Below, in pieces: positions 37,156 to 43,000 of a stretch of 64,000 bases of DNA. Each line of letters begins with the position of its first letter. The stretch's first letter is position 1. The notes under the pieces are model-generated. The model did no database searches. It had not been told where the DNA came from and was given only the letters and a program-made list of their open reading frames with translations. The translations under genes were made by a program, and so were the position numbers. The DNA is from an uncultured Rhodobacteraceae bacterium (GTDB taxonomy: Bacteria > Pseudomonadota > Alphaproteobacteria > Rhodobacterales > Rhodobacteraceae), in the NCBI GenBank assembly GCA_947500055.1, contig CANMQO010000002.1, positions 564,181 to 628,180 on the forward strand. Direction: 5' to 3'.

Positions 37156-38736
37156 TTAACGGAAAATACCGGTGCTGGTATTGCGGTTAATCGTCCGGGA
37201 AGGTGGAGCCGTTGGCGTGGGGGCCGGTGCTGGTGCGGGGGCCGCACGTGGTGTGCTGGCACGTGGCGTTGTTGTTTGACGCGGTGTTGATGCGCGCGGT
37301 GCAGGCGCCGCCCTTACAACTGCTGGGCAGGTGACATCATCACGAAGCATGATCTGGCGAAAGATCGCGATGTCGGGATCCTGTGATGGGGCGGCGCTGT
37401 CAATTTGTTCGAAGTATCGTCCGACGGCCCCGCGCGACCCCGGCCCCCAAGACCCGTCGATACCTGCATTATAACAATTCATGCGAGCCAGCTCGGTTTG
37501 CAATGCGATGACAAGTTCAACCGGTGGCGGATCAAAAGCGCCGGTTTCCACAAGCGTGGCAAAAAGCTCCGGGTCGCGGTCACGTAGACTGCGCCGCCCG
37601 TCCAGATCAGAATATTCGATGGCGGCACCTGATACGGGACCTGTGGGGGCGGCGGCAATTGGAAAACTTGCGTCCGTCGGCGCGATGACACCAACGATGA
37701 TCGATGGGCGGGGCAACCCCCCCGCGCCGGGCACAGGACGAGCCTGTGTGGCAGAGGCTGGGATCGGCACCGCGCCCTGTGGTGCGAGGCGGACACCGCT
37801 GGACACGCGTGGCGCGGCTGATGCGATGGGCGCAAGTCGTGCACCACCTGTACTGACTGGCTTGACGGGTGACGTCAGGACCACCGTTTCATTGGTGACG
37901 ATCCGGTTCATGGATTGTGGCGCGGGCTTATCTGACCGGTCGATAGCAATACCCGCAGCCGCCCACAGCGCCAACATCTGCTCCTGCGCTTCAGGCGACA
38001 GATTGTCGAGCATGTCATAGTCAGCTGCAGTCAGCCGCATCCCAGTGTCGACATTCCGAAAGACGAATGGTGCCGCCAATGTCGTTTCAGTCTTGATATC
38101 CGTGTCGGCAAATAATGCATCTGTTCCCAAGCCGGGCAGCAAAAGACGCTCAAGCATCACATCCGTCACTGATGCGTCTGTACCTGTGCAGGCACTGCCT
38201 GCGGTAACAGGGGATGCAACAAATAGCTGATCCGTTGCTGGTAGTGGGCCAAGGCCCGCGAACGATGGGTTGTCGCCGTCCGCGACCGGATTCTCTGAAA
38301 TTTCACCATGGCAGATGTCCAGAAATATTGCTGTCATATCGCGGCTGCCTGTACCAGCGCGGGCCAGCGCATCGCCCAAGTTGATTGCGCCAGTATCGAC
38401 CATCTGCAGAAGGGTTTGCTCTCCTTCGACCAAAGACCTGCCGGCGTAGTAGATCACAACCGAACCAGATTCCTGTTTCAATGCATCCAGCGCTTGACCA
38501 AGTTCATCGATCTTTGGGTTTTCTAGCCGTTTGACGGTGTAGCCCAACCCGAACAGTGCTTCAGACACATCCTCCGCCCCTTTGCGCAGGGCAATCTGTG
38601 GGCTGTCGTCATATGCGAAATTGGCAATGATCAGCGCCCGATCAGCAGACGCACCGCTACATGTCACCACGCTGCATAGCAGGGCGGCCAATCTAAGTAC
38701 GGATTTACGGATCAGGAACATCCGAGGTTCAAACAT
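37156..38736 (-). CDS. secreted caspase-like (peptidase C14) domain protein with peptidoglycan-binding-like domain; catalytic His apparently replaced
   Basis: 526 aa with a signal peptide (LRLAALLCSVVTCSGASA). C14-like ALIIANFAYDD...VVIYYAGRS...AIFLDICHGE. PG_binding_1-like LQTELARMNCYNAGIDGSWGPGSRGAVGRYFEQ. Pro/Ala/Thr-rich tail. Confidence 0.7.
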   Translation of the reverse strand: MFEPRMFLIRKSVLRLAALLCSVVTCSGASADRALIIANFAYDDSPQIALRKGAEDVSEALFGLGYTVKRLENPKIDELGQALDALKQESGSVVIYYAGRSLVEGEQTLLQMVDTGAINLGDALARAGTGSRDMTAIFLDICHGEISENPVADGDNPSFAGLGPLPATDQLFVASPVTAGSACTGTDASVTDVMLERLLLPGLGTDALFADTDIKTETTLAAPFVFRNVDTGMRLTAADYDMLDNLSPEAQEQMLALWAAAGIAIDRSDKPAPQSMNRIVTNETVVLTSPVKPVSTGGARLAPIASAAPRVSSGVRLAPQGAVPIPASATQARPVPGAGGLPRPSIIVGVIAPTDASFPIAAAPTGPVSGAAIEYSDLDGRRSLRDRDPELFATLVETGAFDPPPVELVIALQTELARMNCYNAGIDGSWGPGSRGAVGRYFEQIDSAAPSQDPDIAIFRQIMLRDDVTCPAVVRAAPAPRASTPRQTTTPRASTPRAAPAPAPAPTPTAPPSRTINRNTSTGIFR

Positions 38737-38780
38737 GTTGCGTCAATTGTAGACAAGATAGCTGATCCCCCGGCGCCGCG

Positions 38781-39209
38781 CTACGGTGGTGGGGCCAAAA
38801 ACAGGGTCCAGCGTTCAGTTTCAAGGGTATCGACCTCAAGAAACAGCGCCTCAAGATGCCCGCGCAACAGGCAACCGGTTTCGCCGCGGATCACAAAGCG
38901 GTTCGGCGCCAGACATAATGGCTTTGTGCCTTGCAGAATTTCCTTTCCAAACACGTCTTGGGCAAAAACATAGATAAAACGTGCTTGCAATTCGTCACGA
39001 ATAACGTTCGCACATTGGTTTGGGCCAATCGTCCACCAGCCACGGGTGACAAAGGCGTCTTCTTCATATTGGCCGATGGCCACATTCACAACGTCAAACG
39101 ATTGATTGCAAACGGCAAATTCTGCCCATGCCGCAGTTGGAAAAGCCGCAACACCAACCAGACCGGTAAGGCGAAATAAACGCAATATATTGGAAATTGG
39201 GGCACGCAC
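38781..39209 (-). CDS. DUF1036 domain-containing secreted protein
   Basis: 142 aa with GTG start and a signal peptide ending AAWA. FAVCNQSFDVVNVAIGQYEEDAFVTRGWWTIGPNQC... matches the alphaproteobacterial DUF1036 pattern. Confidence 0.7.
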   Translation of the reverse strand: MRAPISNILRLFRLTGLVGVAAFPTAAWAEFAVCNQSFDVVNVAIGQYEEDAFVTRGWWTIGPNQCANVIRDELQARFIYVFAQDVFGKEILQGTKPLCLAPNRFVIRGETGCLLRGHLEALFLEVDTLETERWTLFLAPPP

Positions 39210-39223
39210 AGTGTGACATTACC

Positions 39224-39233
39224 GACAATTGTC
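39224..39233. promoter_or_regulatory. perfect 10-bp palindrome GACAATTGTC in divergent promoter region
   Basis: Lies between the DUF1036 operon (-) and the exbB operon (+), in an AT-rich 133-nt intergenic region. Confidence 0.2.
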
Positions 39234-39342
39234 CTGGTTTTGAACACGGTTTGGTTGGTAATGAGCCGAAATTTACTGCTCTTAAGCGGTTGTTCTGCTA
39301 TACTTATCGTCGTTGGGGCCAAGGAAAAGGAGGATTGTCGCA

Positions 39343-39651
39343 ATGGCACATCCTTTGAACGCAAAGATAGCGGGCGTTGTGTTTGCCTGTGTAACAAGTG
39401 TTTTTCCTATCATGGGGTACGCGCAAACGCTTGATGCGGCGCCCTCCGGCTCTTTCACATTTGGGAATCTTGGTGCTGCCGAGGCCGAAGCGCTGCCACT
39501 GGAAATGGCGCCCGAATCACAGATTGCAGCGCCCCGAACGGCGCGCGTTGTATCGGAAGCATCACCGCTTGCTTTGCCAAATCAGATCCAGACATCGCAG
39601 GTAAGGCGACAGATGATCCGTGACACTTGGGCAATCGGCGTCTTTCGCTAA
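39343..39651 (+). CDS. hypothetical small secreted protein (102 aa)
   Basis: ORF 39313..39651. ATG at 39343 is preceded by AAGGAGGA. Leader MAHPLNAKIAGVVFACVTSVFPIMGYA. Ends ...RDTWAIGVFR. Confidence 0.5.
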   Translation: MAHPLNAKIAGVVFACVTSVFPIMGYAQTLDAAPSGSFTFGNLGAAEAEALPLEMAPESQIAAPRTARVVSEASPLALPNQIQTSQVRRQMIRDTWAIGVFR

Positions 39652-39755
39652 AGGCGTATTGACAGCTGTGGGTTGATGCGGCCCAATCCCTCTCATCTAT
39701 ACTTGCATAGACGGGTGTTATCCTGTCATGCCACTGAACAGATTTGAGGGACGAC

Positions 39756-40199
39756 ATGCCATTGAAAAAATTTGCTTCATGCGTAACTGCGGTTGCAGTC
39801 AGCCTGACCATGGGTGCAATGCCCGCGCTGGCACAGGACGCCACCCCTAGCTTTTCGTTGGATTTGAATAATGTGGCTGACACCGAACAGGGCGGGTGCC
39901 GCCTGACTTATGTTGCGGCAAACGGGACCGGTCAGGCGTTGAACGCCGTATCTTATCAGGTGGCTGTATTTGACGCCCAAGGCATTGTCACGGACCTGCT
40001 TGTGCTGGAATTTGGTGCGCTGATTGAAGGCAAGACCAAGGTGGTCCAGTTTGATCTGGGTGGGCGTGGCTGCGTTGATATTTCCCGTATCACCGTAAAT
40101 GAGGTCGCGGAATGCACGCTGGCGGACGGAACGGTTGGCGACTTTTGTCTGACCGGGTTAGAGACCGCATCACGTAGCGCCATCCAGTTTGGCATCTAA
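39756..40199 (+). CDS. hypothetical secreted protein (147 aa, 4 Cys)
   Basis: ORF 39744..40199, ATG at 39756. Signal peptide MPLKKFASCVTAVAVSLTMGAMPALA. Sits immediately upstream of exbB. Confidence 0.55.
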   Translation: MPLKKFASCVTAVAVSLTMGAMPALAQDATPSFSLDLNNVADTEQGGCRLTYVAANGTGQALNAVSYQVAVFDAQGIVTDLLVLEFGALIEGKTKVVQFDLGGRGCVDISRITVNEVAECTLADGTVGDFCLTGLETASRSAIQFGI

Positions 40200-40237
40200 C
40201 CTATCCGCCATAATTTTCGTTTCATAAGGGAATTTGC

Positions 40238-40876
40238 ATGAACGCCCCGGACCTTTCCGCCCTGAATGCCCCAACCATCGCGGTTTTTGTGGCACTTGCT
40301 GTCATGTCGGTCCTTGCTGTGACGGTCTCTTTCTTCAAAACCTTTCAGTTTGCCCGCATGGGCGTTGGCAAGGTCGGCGCTGCTGAGGCGATCCTGAATG
40401 ACTGGTTGGGTGGTCGCGCCGAAAAGGCGTTGCATGACGCAACTCAGCGCAAGTCTGTTTTGGCGCGCGTCTTGCAGGCTGTGTTCACCGGGCTGCGCGC
40501 ACGCCCCGATGATCAGGGATTTGCCGAAGAATTGGGGCGGCAGACCGCGATTGTCGAACTGTCGGCCATGACCAGCCGGATGCGCCTATTGGAAACGGTC
40601 GTGCAAGCCGCCCCTATGCTGGGCCTTTTGGGAACGGTGATCGGGATGATCGACGCGTTCAGCACATTGGCAAGCGCAGAGGGCGCTGTTGATCCTGCAT
40701 TGCTGGCAGGTGGCATCTGGACCGCCCTGACAACGACCGCAGCCGGGTTGGCGATTGCGCTGGTCACCTTCTTTGTCGCCACTTGGCTGGAAGGCCGAAT
40801 TGAAACCGAACGGCAATCTATCGAGGCGTTGATCTCTGCCGCGATCAATGGCCGTGTCGACGCAAAAACCGGCTGA
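40238..40876 (+). CDS. exbB: MotA/TolQ/ExbB proton-channel family protein
   Basis: 212 aa with 3 TM segments. APMLGLLGTVIGMIDAF and GGIWTALTTTAAGLAIAL are family signatures. Confidence 0.9.
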   Translation: MNAPDLSALNAPTIAVFVALAVMSVLAVTVSFFKTFQFARMGVGKVGAAEAILNDWLGGRAEKALHDATQRKSVLARVLQAVFTGLRARPDDQGFAEELGRQTAIVELSAMTSRMRLLETVVQAAPMLGLLGTVIGMIDAFSTLASAEGAVDPALLAGGIWTALTTTAAGLAIALVTFFVATWLEGRIETERQSIEALISAAINGRVDAKTG

Positions 40877-41352
40877 TGTCCGAAACCGCCAAAGCATATA
40901 CCTCGCGCGAGCATCCGGTGATGCAGCGCCGGTCGGCGGCCCGGTATCGCTTTGCGTTGACACCGCTGGCGGATGCGATGTTTCAGCTTTTGATCTTTTT
41001 TATGCTGACATCCAGTCTGACCCCATATTCGCTGCTGACGATCCGCAGCGGAGCGGAGCCGGGCACGACCGCCAGTGACCCCGACGCCGCCCCCGCTGAT
41101 CAGGACGTGATCATCGGCGAAAACGCCCGCGTCTGGTCAGTGGAACAAGGGCAGGTTGTGATCAACAACACTGCCTATCAGCCATCCGATCTGCCTGCAT
41201 TGGCGGCGGTCGTCAGTCAGGATATCGCGGCAGAGGTCATCCTGCTCATGGCAAGCTCTGCTGAGGTGCAGGATCTGACATCGGTTCTGGAAGCCTTGAC
41301 CAGCGCCGGTGTCACTGCGGTGAAAATCGCCAAGACGGATGGTGAGACATGA
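40876..41352 (+). CDS. exbD: ExbD/TolR family biopolymer transport protein
   Basis: 158 aa. TGATG overlap with exbB. LTPLADAMFQLLIFFML is a TM segment with the conserved Asp. Confidence 0.8.
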   Translation: MSETAKAYTSREHPVMQRRSAARYRFALTPLADAMFQLLIFFMLTSSLTPYSLLTIRSGAEPGTTASDPDAAPADQDVIIGENARVWSVEQGQVVINNTAYQPSDLPALAAVVSQDIAAEVILLMASSAEVQDLTSVLEALTSAGVTAVKIAKTDGET

Positions 41353-41753
41353 TCCGCGCATTGCCCAAACGCAAATCGGCCGTTGGCATGGATGTGTCAC
41401 TGGCGATTGTGAATATTGTTCTTTTGCTGATCTTCTTCTTTCTGGCCACCGGGCAACTGCTGAACCCGCCGACCCAAGGGGTCGAAATTTCCGAAACCAC
41501 CGAATTGCCGCTGGATCAGCTGCCAGCACCTATCCTGATCGTTCGTGACGACGGTGATTGGGAGCTAAATGATCGTTCGGTGAACTCCGATATTTTCGGT
41601 GCAGCCCTTGCAGAGCTTGAGGCGCCATTTACCCTGCATGTTCTGATCGGAAGGGACGCCCCGGCCACAAGCCTTCTGGACATTCTCGACCGTCCGGAAC
41701 TGACGGAGGTAGAGATCAAACTGGTCACCCTGCGCAGGCCTGCGCGCCGATGA
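41349..41753 (+). CDS. exbD: ExbD/TolR family biopolymer transport protein (second copy)
   Basis: 134 aa with ATGA overlap. GMDVSLAIVNIVLLLIFFFL is a TM segment with Asp, followed by an ExbD-like periplasmic domain. Confidence 0.8.
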   Translation: MIRALPKRKSAVGMDVSLAIVNIVLLLIFFFLATGQLLNPPTQGVEISETTELPLDQLPAPILIVRDDGDWELNDRSVNSDIFGAALAELEAPFTLHVLIGRDAPATSLLDILDRPELTEVEIKLVTLRRPARR

Positions 41754-43000
41754 TTTTTGGTGACCATAGGCAACGCAGCCTGCATTGGGCCGAAGCCTTT
41801 GGGGCGTCGGCTGTCGTGCATTTGGGCGCCGCAATCCTGATGTTTGATCTGCTGGAGGGGCTGATCACATTCGCCCCAGAGACAGTGCCGGAACCAGAGA
41901 TTGAGATCATCACAATTTTGGACGATGATTTCTTGGCCGCGCCGGATCTTCCGGAAACCAATGATCCGCTCACTGAGACACCGACCGAGGGCGAAACCCC
42001 CGACCCTGATCCGGCACCTGATATTGCAGAGAATCCCTCACCACCCGAGGACGTTCCAGAACCGGCAGATCCTCCAGAAGAGCTTGAACCGGTCCCGGCA
42101 GAGATCGCTGACCTGGAACCAGAGCGACTTGCCCCTGTTGCCCCCGATAACGGGCTAGTCGCAATCACGCCGCAACCGATCAGCCCGTTGCGCCCCGAGG
42201 ATGGAACCGCCATTCCCGTAGCACCAGTTGCATCCGGTACCTTGTCAGGGACGACGCTGTCGGCAACTCCCGTTACCCGCCTGCAGCCCACGCAAGCAAC
42301 GACGATCACGCCATTGCAGACCCTACCCAATCCGGTTCCAACACCAGCCACCGCGCAGGCACCGACGCCGGACGGCCAGACCGCCGGTGGTGCCGTCAGC
42401 GAATTGATCGCGCGGATCCGGGGGCGCCTGGCTGATCCCTGTCTTCTGGCGATCCCTCAACAGTCAGGTGATGGTGTGCCGGAATTGGTGTTGATGGGAT
42501 CAAATGAGGCAGAGATGCAGGGCTTCGCGGCTGCGGTGCTGGCTGATCTTGTCCCACAGCCCACGGAACGTCGTATCCTGATTGATGCCCGTCAATGTGC
42601 CGCCTTGAACTTCGCCCGGGAAAACCGATTTTACCCGGCATTTCGACTGTCGGTCAGCCTTGATCAGGCCGTTATCGCAAGCGGGGCCAATCTGACTGGC
42701 GCCATTGGCAACACGGCGGGGCGCTATATCTCGCTGCTTTTGGTGGATGATAACGGCGTCGTTCAAGATGTCGGCAATTACCTGTCTTTCACCGGTAGCG
42801 CCGCCCGTTTTGATGTCACCTTGACCCGCGATGGCAATACCCGCGACACCAGCCAAACGCTTGTTGCCCTCGCCACCGCAACCCGCCCGGCCACGCTGAA
42901 CGCGCAAAATGGTCAATTGGCGGCAGATTTCTTTGCGGCATTGCGGGCAGAGTTGGGGCCGGACACGCCACTGGTTCTTGTCCCTTTTGATGTGCGCTAG
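41750..43000 (+). CDS. TonB-like energy-transducer anchor with non-canonical C-terminal domain (PpkA-periplasmic-domain paralogue)
   Basis: 416 aa with ATGA overlap with exbD2. The N-terminal anchor FGASAVVHLGAAILMF carries the TonB SxxxH motif. Pro/Glu/Asp-rich spacer (about aa 45-215). The C-terminal ~200 aa lacks TonB_C-like sequence and aligns to the PpkA C-terminus (see findings). Confidence 0.7.
   Translation: MIFGDHRQRSLHWAEAFGASAVVHLGAAILMFDLLEGLITFAPETVPEPEIEIITILDDDFLAAPDLPETNDPLTETPTEGETPDPDPAPDIAENPSPPEDVPEPADPPEELEPVPAEIADLEPERLAPVAPDNGLVAITPQPISPLRPEDGTAIPVAPVASGTLSGTTLSATPVTRLQPTQATTITPLQTLPNPVPTPATAQAPTPDGQTAGGAVSELIARIRGRLADPCLLAIPQQSGDGVPELVLMGSNEAEMQGFAAAVLADLVPQPTERRILIDARQCAALNFARENRFYPAFRLSVSLDQAVIASGANLTGAIGNTAGRYISLLLVDDNGVVQDVGNYLSFTGSAARFDVTLTRDGNTRDTSQTLVALATATRPATLNAQNGQLAADFFAALRAELGPDTPLVLVPFDVR

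Noticed and set aside
39343-39651. The 102-aa secreted protein as the missing TssJ lipoprotein (VFAC resembles a lipobox).
   Set aside because: V-F-A-C is a poor lipobox because Phe at -2 is atypical. An SPase I site (GYA-QT) is equally plausible. The protein is shorter than typical TssJ, and I see no TssJ-like sequence features. It needs LipoP and an HMM search, not a call by eye.
39756-40199. The 147-aa secreted protein as a third copy of the PpkA/TonB-like periplasmic domain (SFSLDLNNV vs LSVSLDQAV; VFDAQGIVTDL vs LVDDNGVVQDV).
   Set aside because: The similarity is confined to two short beta-strand-like patches with different spacing (37 vs 28 residues). The Cys pattern differs. It is not convincing without profile or structure comparison.
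33706-43000. The 9.3-kb insert between the T6SS blocks as a mobile element or genomic island.
   Set aside because: I found no integrase, transposase, tRNA or flanking direct repeats. The only hint is locally lower GC around 38.8-39.8 kb, judged by eye. That is insufficient to call a mobile element.
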